Source: a virus
Strand: one strand, 5' to 3'
Length of the DNA stretch: 64,000 bases
IMG/VR virus record: IMGVR_UViG_3300021142_002226
Span: 64,001 to 128,000 of that record
Shown here: piece by piece, positions 46,534-55,523 of the stretch
Numbering within the stretch: position 1 is the first letter of the stretch
Layout: each line of letters opens with the position of its first letter
Made by a program: the position numbers and the translations under genes
Notes under the pieces: model-generated
Seen by the model: only the letters and a program-made list of their open reading frames with translations
What the model was told of the DNA's origin: nothing
Databases searched by the model: none

Positions 46534-47195
46534 TCAAGTCAATTAAAGAATTAAAAGATATCCATAGAGATGAAGATATTTATGTAATCGGTGCTGGAGC
46601 AAGTGTTGATTATATTAATGAATCTTTTTTTGATGGTAAGATAACAATAGGTACAAATCAAGTTTATAAGAAAATTAAATGTGATTATCTTGTTAGAAAA
46701 GAAACTAAATTTTTGAAACAAGCTTTGAATACTGGTTCAAAAGTTATTGTATCTGAATACGATAGCGGTAATCTTGATACTGGGCAATTTAAATTAAACA
46801 CCAATAAAATTGATCACGAAAACCTTTATTATTTTGAACATCTTGATAATCTACATGATAAGGTTGATACATCTGTTATTGGAACAGATAAATTAGTTGT
46901 TAGTTATTCAACGATTACATCTGCGTTACATCTTGCTGCATATATGGGTGCATTCAATATTTACCTTGTTGGTCATGATTGTGGTTCATTGAATGGTAAA
47001 ATGACATTTGATAAATATTATGATTCAATCAACGATACACCATGGCAAAATTGGAACCAATATAAATCCTGGTTAAAAATCATTGAGTCACAAACTGTTT
47101 CTGTTAGAAATAAACTTGTTGAAGTTTATGAATGTAATGTGGTGTCAATAAATCCTTTTGTTTCATTAAATTTAGAAAACAACCTTTTCATGTAA
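46530..47195 (+). CDS. DUF115/Maf-like putative nonulosonic acid transferase
   Basis: IYVIGAGASV...TIGTN...STITSALHLAAYMGAFNIYLVGHDC is the Maf/DUF115 signature. Adjacent to the neuA-like gene. Confidence 0.65.
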   Translation: MIKSIKELKDIHRDEDIYVIGAGASVDYINESFFDGKITIGTNQVYKKIKCDYLVRKETKFLKQALNTGSKVIVSEYDSGNLDTGQFKLNTNKIDHENLYYFEHLDNLHDKVDTSVIGTDKLVVSYSTITSALHLAAYMGAFNIYLVGHDCGSLNGKMTFDKYYDSINDTPWQNWNQYKSWLKIIESQTVSVRNKLVEVYECNVVSINPFVSLNLENNLFM

Positions 47196-47196
47196 T

Positions 47197-47856
47197 ATGA
47201 GTTTTAAATTTATTATACCAGCCAGAAGAAATTCAAAAGGTTTACCATTTAAGAATCGTAAATTATTTGATATATTTTTAGATAAAACACCTGAAAATCT
47301 ATTAACAGGATTAATTCATTCTCATTCTTTGATTGTATCTACAGATGATGAATCAATCATTGAAAAATGTGTATCAAAGAGTATAAATTATCTTAATAGA
47401 GATAGTAATTTAGCTTTAGACACAACCTCAACTAAAGAAGTTATGATTGATTTATATAACAAGAATTACATTTTTAATGATGATATTGTTGTTATGTTAT
47501 ATTTGACATATCCTGAAAGAAATTGGGATGATATAGGAAATGCTATTGATACTTTTGTCAAAAATGGCTCAAGATCTCTTTTATGTAAAAAAGAAATCAC
47601 AAGTACCCACCCATACCTTTACATGCTTGAAATCGATAAAAATAAAGGTAAACAACTTGTTGCACACGACCTTTATCGTAGACAAGATTATCCAAAGGTA
47701 TTCGAAATTTCACACTATATTTGTATTTTTAAAGGTGGTGAATTAAAAAATTTGAATAACAATCTTTACAACGAGGATACATTTTTTTTACCAATTAACT
47801 CTGTTATAGATGTTGATACTGAAAATGATTTATTAAAATATAATGGGAATTTATGA
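47197..47856 (+). CDS. neuA: CMP-nonulosonic acid synthetase (acylneuraminate cytidylyltransferase)
   Basis: IIPARRNSKGLPFKNRK, VSTDD, RDSNLALD, LTYPER, IDVDTEND. Confidence 0.9.
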   Translation: MSFKFIIPARRNSKGLPFKNRKLFDIFLDKTPENLLTGLIHSHSLIVSTDDESIIEKCVSKSINYLNRDSNLALDTTSTKEVMIDLYNKNYIFNDDIVVMLYLTYPERNWDDIGNAIDTFVKNGSRSLLCKKEITSTHPYLYMLEIDKNKGKQLVAHDLYRRQDYPKVFEISHYICIFKGGELKNLNNNLYNEDTFFLPINSVIDVDTENDLLKYNGNL

Positions 47857-48608
47857 AATGTATATTAGGTATAACAACATATAATAGGAGAAAATATTTA
47901 GAACATCTTTTAGATAGTTTTACACCAACTCATAACACAAATTATGAATGGGTAATCATTATCAATGATGACTGTTCAACAGATGACACAGTTAAATTCA
48001 TTGAAAACTATAATTTTCCATGTGAATATCATTTAATCAAAAATGAGAACAGAAAGGGTGTTTCATGGGGAACAAATAATATTTTTTACTTATCTCAAAA
48101 GATTGGATTTGATGTTTTATTCAGAAGTGATGATGATAATTTTTTCTTGAATAATGGTTGGGATGATCTTTATATTAATGCTATGAATAATTCTGGATTT
48201 AAACACCTAAGTTATTATAATAGTAGATGGAAAGGGGAAAATAAAAAAATAATAGAGAATGATGGTTTAATTGCCGCTTCTAATGTTATGGAATCTATGG
48301 GTAATTTCTACACAATAACACCTGAAATCTTAGAAAAAGTTGGTTACATGGATTATCAAAACATGGGTATGTGGGGTGTTGAACATATTGATTATTCATT
48401 AAGATGTTGTAGGCTCAATTATAACAATCCACAAACATTTTGGTGCCCAAAGGATTGTAAAAAATTTATTGGTATGAAAGCTGGAAATACCTATACAAGC
48501 TCAATGAGTACAATTGAGTTAGCTAATGAAAGGAGCAGAGATTATCAAAAAAGAATGATAGCAAATAATAATAATAGAATTTATATACCGAATCAGAATG
48601 CTCAATAA
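47853..48608 (+). CDS. Glycosyltransferase family 2
   Basis: ITTYNR...INDDCSTDDT...GVS..TN...SDDD...WGVEHIDYSLR. Confidence 0.85.
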   Translation: MKCILGITTYNRRKYLEHLLDSFTPTHNTNYEWVIIINDDCSTDDTVKFIENYNFPCEYHLIKNENRKGVSWGTNNIFYLSQKIGFDVLFRSDDDNFFLNNGWDDLYINAMNNSGFKHLSYYNSRWKGENKKIIENDGLIAASNVMESMGNFYTITPEILEKVGYMDYQNMGMWGVEHIDYSLRCCRLNYNNPQTFWCPKDCKKFIGMKAGNTYTSSMSTIELANERSRDYQKRMIANNNNRIYIPNQNAQ

Positions 48609-49212
48609 TTATTTTGAAAAAATATATTGTATAAACCTTGAAAAAAGAAAAGATAGGTGGAATGAGGTTAGTAAAGAATTTCAAAAAATTAATTGCAATG
48701 TTGAAAAATTTGTAGCAATTGATGGTGAAAAATTGGAACCCAGTCCATACATTTATAGAGGTGAACTTGGTTGTTACATGTCACACATGGTAATCTTAAA
48801 AGACATGATTAATAATAACTATAGTAAAATTTTAGTTTTTGAGGATGATGTTGTTTTCAACGATGATTTTAACGAAAAATTTGATTACTATTATAATCAA
48901 TTACCTAATGATTGGGATATTGTTTATATGAGTGGAAATCATACAACAAGTTTAGAAAAAATTACTGATAACATATATAAAACTAATGGTACTTTAGCTA
49001 TGCATAGTTATTTCATTAGCTTGGAAGGTGCAAAAAAATTATACAACTTATTAGTCGCTAAAAATATGACAGACCCAATAGATGTTATAGGTATAGAGTA
49101 TCAAAAAAATAATAATTGTTATACGTTTAGGCCACACCTTACGTATCAAAAAGAAGGATTTAGTGATATACAGAAAAAAATTGTTAATTACGACCACCTA
49201 TTAAAACGTTAA
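48598..49212 (+). CDS. Glycosyltransferase family 25
   Basis: IYCINLEKRKDRW...AIDG...GELGCYMSH...LVFEDD...SYFISLEGAKKL. Confidence 0.85.
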   Translation: MLNNYFEKIYCINLEKRKDRWNEVSKEFQKINCNVEKFVAIDGEKLEPSPYIYRGELGCYMSHMVILKDMINNNYSKILVFEDDVVFNDDFNEKFDYYYNQLPNDWDIVYMSGNHTTSLEKITDNIYKTNGTLAMHSYFISLEGAKKLYNLLVAKNMTDPIDVIGIEYQKNNNCYTFRPHLTYQKEGFSDIQKKIVNYDHLLKR

Positions 49213-49215
49213 TAA

Positions 49216-50058
49216 ATGAATAAAGTAAAAATTATAGCCGAAATAGGACTTAATCACAATGGGGATATAGATATCGCCAAACAACTTATAATGGTTGCTA
49301 AAGCTGCTGGTTGTGATTATGTTAAATTTCAAAAAAGAAATCCTGATGTTTGTGTACCTGAAGATCAAAAATCTAAAATAAGGCAAACACCTTGGGGTGA
49401 GATGACCTATATTGATTATAGATGGAGAGTTGAGTTTAATCAAGAACAATATCAACAAATACATAATTTTTGTCAAAGTATTGGAATTAAATGGTTCGCT
49501 TCAGTTTGGGACAAAGATTCGGTTGATTTTATACAAAAGATCAACTTGGATAATAACTATCATAGTATAATGAAAATACCATCAGCTCTTATAACCGATA
49601 CCGAATTATGCAAATACGCATCAACAAGATGTAATCAATTACTGATTTCTACAGGAATGAGCACCGAAGAAGAAATTGAAAATTGTGTACGTACTTGTAA
49701 TCCAGATGTTATAATGCATACAAATTCAACATATCCCTGTCCTGTTGAGGAATTAAACTTAAACTATATTTTATGGTTGAAGAATAAATATAGAGATAAA
49801 GAAATAGGGTATAGTGGCCATGAATATGGTTTAGTTACAACATTTGCAACAATACCTATGGGAGCTACTTGGATCGAAAGACACATAACGCTTGACCGTA
49901 ATATGTGGGGTTCAGACCAATCATCATCAATCGAGCCATCTGGGGTTTTTAAATTGGTTAAGGGGATAAGAGATATTGAAAAATCTTTGTCCTTTGCACC
50001 AAGTGAAAGATATGTATTAGGAGGAGAGTTGCAAAAAAAACAAACGCTTAGAAAATAA
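49216..50058 (+). CDS. neuB: Nonulosonic acid synthase (NeuB family) lacking the C-terminal AFP/SAF domain
   Basis: IIAEIGLNHNGD...GCDYVKFQKR, KIPSA, ISTGMS, MHTNSTYP, IGYSGHE, IERHITLDR.MWGSD. Only 280 aa. Confidence 0.92.
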   Translation: MNKVKIIAEIGLNHNGDIDIAKQLIMVAKAAGCDYVKFQKRNPDVCVPEDQKSKIRQTPWGEMTYIDYRWRVEFNQEQYQQIHNFCQSIGIKWFASVWDKDSVDFIQKINLDNNYHSIMKIPSALITDTELCKYASTRCNQLLISTGMSTEEEIENCVRTCNPDVIMHTNSTYPCPVEELNLNYILWLKNKYRDKEIGYSGHEYGLVTTFATIPMGATWIERHITLDRNMWGSDQSSSIEPSGVFKLVKGIRDIEKSLSFAPSERYVLGGELQKKQTLRK

Positions 50059-50064
50059 ATATAT

Positions 50065-50388
50065 ATGAAAATATTTGTAGATATTGATAATACAATTTGT
50101 CATACCGAAGGTACTGATTATAAAAATGCTAAGCCGTATTATGAAAAAATAAATATTATTAATGATCTTTTTGATCAGGGGCATGAAATAACCTATTGGA
50201 CTGCAAGAGGATCTGGGTCTGGTATTGACCATAGTTTTTTAACTATGTTTCAGCTGAAAGAATGGGGTGCAAAATATCATGAACTTAGGTTTAAGAAACC
50301 AGTTTTTGATATATTTATTGATGATAAAACAATCAATTCTATTGACAAATTAGGACTATGGGTTCAAGAACAAGAAAAAAGAAGCTAA
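50065..50388 (+). CDS. HAD-superfamily phosphatase (capsule-biosynthesis type)
   Basis: VDIDNTIC (DxDxT), TARG, KP..D.FIDDK motifs. Confidence 0.85.
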   Translation: MKIFVDIDNTICHTEGTDYKNAKPYYEKINIINDLFDQGHEITYWTARGSGSGIDHSFLTMFQLKEWGAKYHELRFKKPVFDIFIDDKTINSIDKLGLWVQEQEKRS

Positions 50389-51104
50389 CGCACGAGGAAA
50401 TAAACGATGCGTATGTGGATATCGAAACATCACATAATGAAAATATCCTCAAATCAATTCACTTTAATCTAAAGGCAAAAACACAAAATCAAAAGGAATT
50501 AATCAAATTAATTCGTGAGAAAGACATTATCATTTGTTCTGGATTTCCAGGTACAGGTAAAACATATGTCGCATGTGCTATGGCTTTAGAACTATTGAAA
50601 AAAGATCCTAAATACAAGAAAATTGTAATAGTTAAGTCTGTTACACCTTTAAAAGATGAAGAGGTTGGATATCTTAAAGGAACTCTCAGGGAAAAATTGG
50701 AACCATTTATGTATTCTTTTATCCATAATTTCGAAAAAATTATTGGTAAAGATATGGTTGAAAAATTAAAAATTAATGGTTTTTTAGAAGAAATGCCATT
50801 AACTTATATGAGAGGTATCAATATTGATAACGCTATTGTTATTATAGATGAAGCCCAAAATATCAAGAAAACAAACATGAAGACTATCATGACTCGTTTG
50901 GGTGAAGATTCTAAAATGATATTCTTAGGTGATGAAGGTCAAATTGACTTGAAAAACCCACAAGAAAGTTCATTATCATTTATCATTAAAAGATTTAAAG
51001 AAAAAGATTTTTTTGGTACAATTGCTTTTGGAGAAGAAGATATTGTTAGACATCACCTCATCAAAATCATAGAGCAAGGTTTTGATGAAATAAATTATCC
51101 ATAA
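50358..51104 (+). CDS. phoH: PhoH-family ATPase
   Basis: GFPGTGKT, GYLKGTL.EKLEP, MRGINI, IDEAQN, RLGEDSKMIFLGDEGQID, DIVRH. Confidence 0.92.
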   Translation: MGSRTRKKKLTHEEINDAYVDIETSHNENILKSIHFNLKAKTQNQKELIKLIREKDIIICSGFPGTGKTYVACAMALELLKKDPKYKKIVIVKSVTPLKDEEVGYLKGTLREKLEPFMYSFIHNFEKIIGKDMVEKLKINGFLEEMPLTYMRGINIDNAIVIIDEAQNIKKTNMKTIMTRLGEDSKMIFLGDEGQIDLKNPQESSLSFIIKRFKEKDFFGTIAFGEEDIVRHHLIKIIEQGFDEINYP

Positions 51105-51156
51105 ATAGTTTATTTTCGTACAAAGGTTTCATAAATTTATTTAAAATAATAAATTT

Positions 51157-51810
51157 ATGGTTATTGGTATTACAATAAATAATATAATTAGGGATCATAT
51201 TTCTAAGTTATGTGAAGCTTACGAAATCATTACGGAACAACAACCGATAATGCCTATAAACCCTTATGATCTTGAAAAATCATTTCCTGACAAAGCTCCA
51301 CAGGAATTCGAAACTGTTGAGTTATCGGCATCTAATATAGATAATGAGTATGAACTGACACCAATGGATGTTGAAGAAACAAATTTCAACGTAATCGAGT
51401 TTATGTATATGGACGCATCCTTTGAAGTATTTGGTAGGGCTGGTCAATTAGAAAACAATTTAATCACAAAACTTGCTGAACTACAATCTGATGATGTAGA
51501 TATTATTCTTTTAAACAAAGAATCAACAAGGTCAAAAAACGCAACTTTATTCTTTTTGTCCAAGAATAATTTCGACTTGAAACAAATAGTATTTCCTGAC
51601 AAATACGAAGATTTTTACATGTATTGTGATGTCCTTATCACAGATAATCCTAAATTGATGGATATCAAACCAAAAGACAAGATATTAATTAAGGTTGAAA
51701 ACGAATTTAATATTGATTATATATCAGATTTTACTATTATTAAAGTATCTGATATATTTGAATTAATTGAAGAAATAAAAAATAAACATAATTCATTAAA
51801 AAATAGTTAA
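51157..51810 (+). CDS. HAD-fold 5'-nucleotidase-like protein with degenerate catalytic motif
   Basis: N-terminal IGITINNIIRD aligns with IGIDIDGVLRD; C-terminal CDVLITDNP...IKVENEFN resembles the NT5C-like tail. Confidence 0.45.
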   Translation: MVIGITINNIIRDHISKLCEAYEIITEQQPIMPINPYDLEKSFPDKAPQEFETVELSASNIDNEYELTPMDVEETNFNVIEFMYMDASFEVFGRAGQLENNLITKLAELQSDDVDIILLNKESTRSKNATLFFLSKNNFDLKQIVFPDKYEDFYMYCDVLITDNPKLMDIKPKDKILIKVENEFNIDYISDFTIIKVSDIFELIEEIKNKHNSLKNS

Positions 51811-51811
51811 A

Positions 51812-52873
51812 ATGGCTAAAAAACAAGAAGTTCTACAAAATATTGATTCGTCAATAGAAAAAATTAAGAACAAAGAACAAAAAATAATTTTCTTAATACC
51901 AGATACAAAAGGTAATGCGAGAGCAAGTGTTAGTGTTTTGTATAGACAAGCTATGTCTCTTAAAAATTTAGGTTATAGTGTTGCAATGCTAAACGAAAAG
52001 AAAGACTCTATAAATGCATCAACATGGTTGGGTTCTGAGTATGATACTTTGGATCATTTTTCAATTGAAGAAAATAATCTAACAATGGGGCCTCAAGACT
52101 TCTTAATAGTACCAGAAATTTTTGGTAATGTTTTTGAACAACTTGAAAAATTACCGATGGAAAAGATTTTATTTGTACAATCATTTGAATATATGTTAGA
52201 CGCATATGCACCAGGTAAAAGTTTTATTGATTTTGGTGTAACTGAATGTATGACAACAAGTGATACACTTTCTAAATTGATTACAGATGTTTTACCTTTA
52301 AATACGGTACAAGTTATACCAATTGGTATTCCTGACCTTTTTAAACCAACAGAAAATCTTACAAAACCTATTGTAGCAATACATTGTAGAGATGCGAGAA
52401 AAGCTGCTAAAATTATTAAAACTTTTTATTTGAAATACCCAATCTACAGATTCGTATCATTCAAAGATATGCATACTATGACCGAGGTTGATTTCGCTAA
52501 TAACCTTAAAGATTGTTGTTTGTCTATATGGGTTGATGATGATTCATCATTTGGAACTTTCCCAGTTGAATCAATCAAATGTAATGTTCCAGTTATAGGT
52601 AAAGTACCAAACATTATAGGTGAGTGGATGGATGATAATAATGGTATGTGGGTTTACGATGAGAATCAGATTGTTGATTTAACCTCTGCATATGTTAAAA
52701 ATTGGTTGGAAGATAATATTCCTGAAAATTTACAAAACGTATCAACAACTCTTGATGGAAAATATGGTATGGTTGAATTTGAAGAAAAAACTAAGCTGGT
52801 TTATGAATATTATTTCCAAAACAGAATTGACAAGTTGGAAAAAATAAAAGAGGATTATATGAAAACAGCTTAA
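51812..52873 (+). CDS. Glycosyltransferase, GT-B fold
   Basis: LIVPEIF...LFVQS...D.SSFGTFPVESIKCNVPVIG. Confidence 0.75.
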   Translation: MAKKQEVLQNIDSSIEKIKNKEQKIIFLIPDTKGNARASVSVLYRQAMSLKNLGYSVAMLNEKKDSINASTWLGSEYDTLDHFSIEENNLTMGPQDFLIVPEIFGNVFEQLEKLPMEKILFVQSFEYMLDAYAPGKSFIDFGVTECMTTSDTLSKLITDVLPLNTVQVIPIGIPDLFKPTENLTKPIVAIHCRDARKAAKIIKTFYLKYPIYRFVSFKDMHTMTEVDFANNLKDCCLSIWVDDDSSFGTFPVESIKCNVPVIGKVPNIIGEWMDDNNGMWVYDENQIVDLTSAYVKNWLEDNIPENLQNVSTTLDGKYGMVEFEEKTKLVYEYYFQNRIDKLEKIKEDYMKTA

Positions 52874-52874
52874 T

Positions 52875-53576
52875 ATGGATAAATTAATAGAAATATTAAA
52901 AATTATTGGGGGTGACGATTACACAAAACCTCTACCTAATTTATTAAGTTTACCTGAAGAAACACGTTCTCAAATTTTAATAGAATTAAAAAAACTACCA
53001 CAATTTGAAGATACAAAAAATTTTATTTTTTTGGATAGTCCAATTATTATCAAAGATGGTGAAGCGTCAAGCGTACCGACTATGGTTTTAATGAGTCAAG
53101 AACAATTTGATAAAGAAAGTAGTACTCTCAAAATGGAAATGAAATGGAAAGTTATTGATGGTGACAAAGTTGAATTATATCCTTCAACAATGAAATCTGA
53201 AATTTTAATGATGAATGAAACAGTTAAAATTTATTCCATAGGTCTTACCCCAACAACATATACTCCAATTGATGCTCATGAATATGAAGATGTATTGGTT
53301 ACACCATCATTATATGACCCAACTAATTTTGAACCTTTCAGGGAAATCAGGTTGAAATTTTCACCAGAAAAACGTCAAGATATAGCCGCAAAAACAAGTA
53401 CAGAAGATGAGATCGAAAGTTTCAAAAAAGAAATGTATGAAAAATTGGACAAGGCTATAGAAATTTTACTAACTAAGGGTACAAATTATAAACAAAATAA
53501 AAACATTATTGTAAGAATATCTGATGATTCATACGCAAAAAAAACTATAAAACAAAGAGAATTTAAAACTATATAA
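52875..53576 (+). CDS. Hypothetical protein
   Basis: 233 aa ORF in the operon. Confidence 0.7.
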   Translation: MDKLIEILKIIGGDDYTKPLPNLLSLPEETRSQILIELKKLPQFEDTKNFIFLDSPIIIKDGEASSVPTMVLMSQEQFDKESSTLKMEMKWKVIDGDKVELYPSTMKSEILMMNETVKIYSIGLTPTTYTPIDAHEYEDVLVTPSLYDPTNFEPFREIRLKFSPEKRQDIAAKTSTEDEIESFKKEMYEKLDKAIEILLTKGTNYKQNKNIIVRISDDSYAKKTIKQREFKTI

Positions 53577-53577
53577 T

Positions 53578-54423
53578 ATGGCAGAAAATACTAAAACACT
53601 TGACATTACCGTAATTATACCAATACATTCGGTAGCAAATGAAAAAACTGGTGAATACCTTGATATTGCTTTGAATAGCATATCTGTTAATGAAGTAAAA
53701 CCTAAAGAAGTTTTGATTGTTAGATGCGGCTGCGGAGATGTGAGAGAATTTTTGAATGAGTTTGACCTCACCAAATATAACTTGAACGCTCGTGTAATCG
53801 AAAACATAACTGGTAAATCATTCCAGAATCAAATGAATTACGCTGTATCTCAGGTTACAACCGAATATTTCAGCTTACTTGAATTTGATGATGAGTATGC
53901 TTCGAATTGGTTCAAAAATGTTGGTAAATACATGGAGAAAAACCCTGATATCGATATGTTCCTACCTATCGTATCTGATGTTGATCAAAATAATAAATTT
54001 TTGATGATGACAAATGAAGCTGCGTGGGCATATAATTTCTCAGAAGAAATGGGTGTTATTGATAACGAAACTTTAATGAACTTCCCTAATATCAATATTG
54101 ATGGTATGGTTACAAAGAAAGAATCATATTTAGCAGCTGGTGGTATAAAACCTTCAATAAAATTAAGTTTCAATTACGAATTTCTTTTAAGATTTACAAA
54201 GAATGGTTATAAAATCATGGTTGTGCCAAAAATTGGTTACAAACATGTGAACATGAGGACAGATTCTCTGTTTTGGAATTATAAAAATGATCCAGTTGAA
54301 AAAATTTCACCAGATGAAGCGAAATTTTGGATGGAATTAGCGCAAAAAGAATATTACTACAAACAAGATAGAAATGTTATCTATGCGCCAACAACACAAG
54401 ACACAGAAGTAAGTAATGGTTAA
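53578..54423 (+). CDS. Glycosyltransferase family 2
   Basis: ITVIIPIH...Q.NYAV...FSLLEFDDEY...YEFLLR...MVVPKIGYKH. Confidence 0.8.
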   Translation: MAENTKTLDITVIIPIHSVANEKTGEYLDIALNSISVNEVKPKEVLIVRCGCGDVREFLNEFDLTKYNLNARVIENITGKSFQNQMNYAVSQVTTEYFSLLEFDDEYASNWFKNVGKYMEKNPDIDMFLPIVSDVDQNNKFLMMTNEAAWAYNFSEEMGVIDNETLMNFPNINIDGMVTKKESYLAAGGIKPSIKLSFNYEFLLRFTKNGYKIMVVPKIGYKHVNMRTDSLFWNYKNDPVEKISPDEAKFWMELAQKEYYYKQDRNVIYAPTTQDTEVSNG

Positions 54424-55123
54424 TAAAAAAAACAAGAACTATTATGATATCGACCAAGAACAGGCCGTTTTATTATTCTTAAAATCAAAATCTAATGAAG
54501 AAAGAACTAAAATCTATAGAGAACATCTCCAGGATCCAATCAATAAAATGATTGAAATTATCATCAGAAGATATAAACTGGAAAGAAAATCTGAAAATTT
54601 TCCTGATATTCATGCTGACGCTTTATCATTTTTGATGACCAAATTTGATAAATTCAAACCAGAGAGAAACAAAAAATCGTACTCATATTTTGGAACGATT
54701 TGCAGAAATTACCTAAAAGGTGAATTGATTAAAGAATATAAAAAAAATAGGTTACATAAAGATATCGAAACAGCTGAGAGTGAATTACTTGAGAGAGCTG
54801 ACCAAAAATACAGAATTGATGATGACGGATTTAACACCAGCGTTTTTCTCGAAAAATTGATGGATAAGTTAAAAGAAGAGATAAATTCTGAAAATTTGAA
54901 CGATAATGAGTTCAAAGTAGGCCATTCATTAATTAAAATTTTAGAGGATTGGGAAGAACTTTTTGCTGATGCCAGTAACAAAAGTCACACTAAATTCAAT
55001 AAAAATCTAATATTGCTATATATTAGAAATATGACTGGACTATCAACAAAAGAGATAAGAAACAGCATGAAAAGGTTCAAAACTCTTTATTTTATTTTCA
55101 AAAACGATTTTATAGAAGAGTAA
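54416..55123 (+). CDS. Phage RNA polymerase sigma factor (T4 gp55-like, late)
   Basis: Region-2-like 'DALSFLMTKFDKFKPE...KSYSYFGTICRNYL' (compare F..E...NPFAYFT....N.F). Confidence 0.65.
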   Translation: MVNKKNKNYYDIDQEQAVLLFLKSKSNEERTKIYREHLQDPINKMIEIIIRRYKLERKSENFPDIHADALSFLMTKFDKFKPERNKKSYSYFGTICRNYLKGELIKEYKKNRLHKDIETAESELLERADQKYRIDDDGFNTSVFLEKLMDKLKEEINSENLNDNEFKVGHSLIKILEDWEELFADASNKSHTKFNKNLILLYIRNMTGLSTKEIRNSMKRFKTLYFIFKNDFIEE

Positions 55124-55131
55124 TATTTATA
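55124..55131 (+). promoter_or_regulatory. Putative late promoter TATTTATA
   Basis: Recurrent octamer, 11 nt upstream of the ATG at 55143. Confidence 0.5.
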
Positions 55132-55142
55132 TTAAAAGAGCT

Positions 55143-55523
55143 ATGAACATGATTAACAGAAAGAAAAAGGTAGATATCAGTGAGGATTCATTGAAAGATC
55201 TTATGCAAGAAACTTATAATGAGATTGTTGATGAAAGAAATAGAGCTTTAAGCGCTTATAAGAAGTTCACAAAGGATATTAATGAGAATACTGACATAGC
55301 CTTGGTTGGTAAGATAACTAACGAACTTCTTAAAATAATGGATGCTGCCACTGAGAAAAAACTTAGATTAATCAAACTACAAGGCGATTATCTATATAAA
55401 AATGGTAAACCTTCTGATTCTACTTCTTCTGATTTTGGCCTTAGTGATGATGACAAAAAATGGATTCAATCACAGGTTAAAAACGGTAGTGTTGAAGAAA
55501 ATACAAAAGAATATGATGAATAA
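55143..55523 (+). CDS. Hypothetical helical protein
   Basis: 126 aa ORF following the sigma factor gene. Confidence 0.7.
   Translation: MNMINRKKKVDISEDSLKDLMQETYNEIVDERNRALSAYKKFTKDINENTDIALVGKITNELLKIMDAATEKKLRLIKLQGDYLYKNGKPSDSTSSDFGLSDDDKKWIQSQVKNGSVEENTKEYDE

Noticed and set aside
42997-54423. DNA hypermodification cluster
   Set aside because: No dNMP hydroxymethylase, thymidylate synthase homologue, queuosine-pathway or PurZ gene is visible in this window. Not excluded for the rest of the genome.
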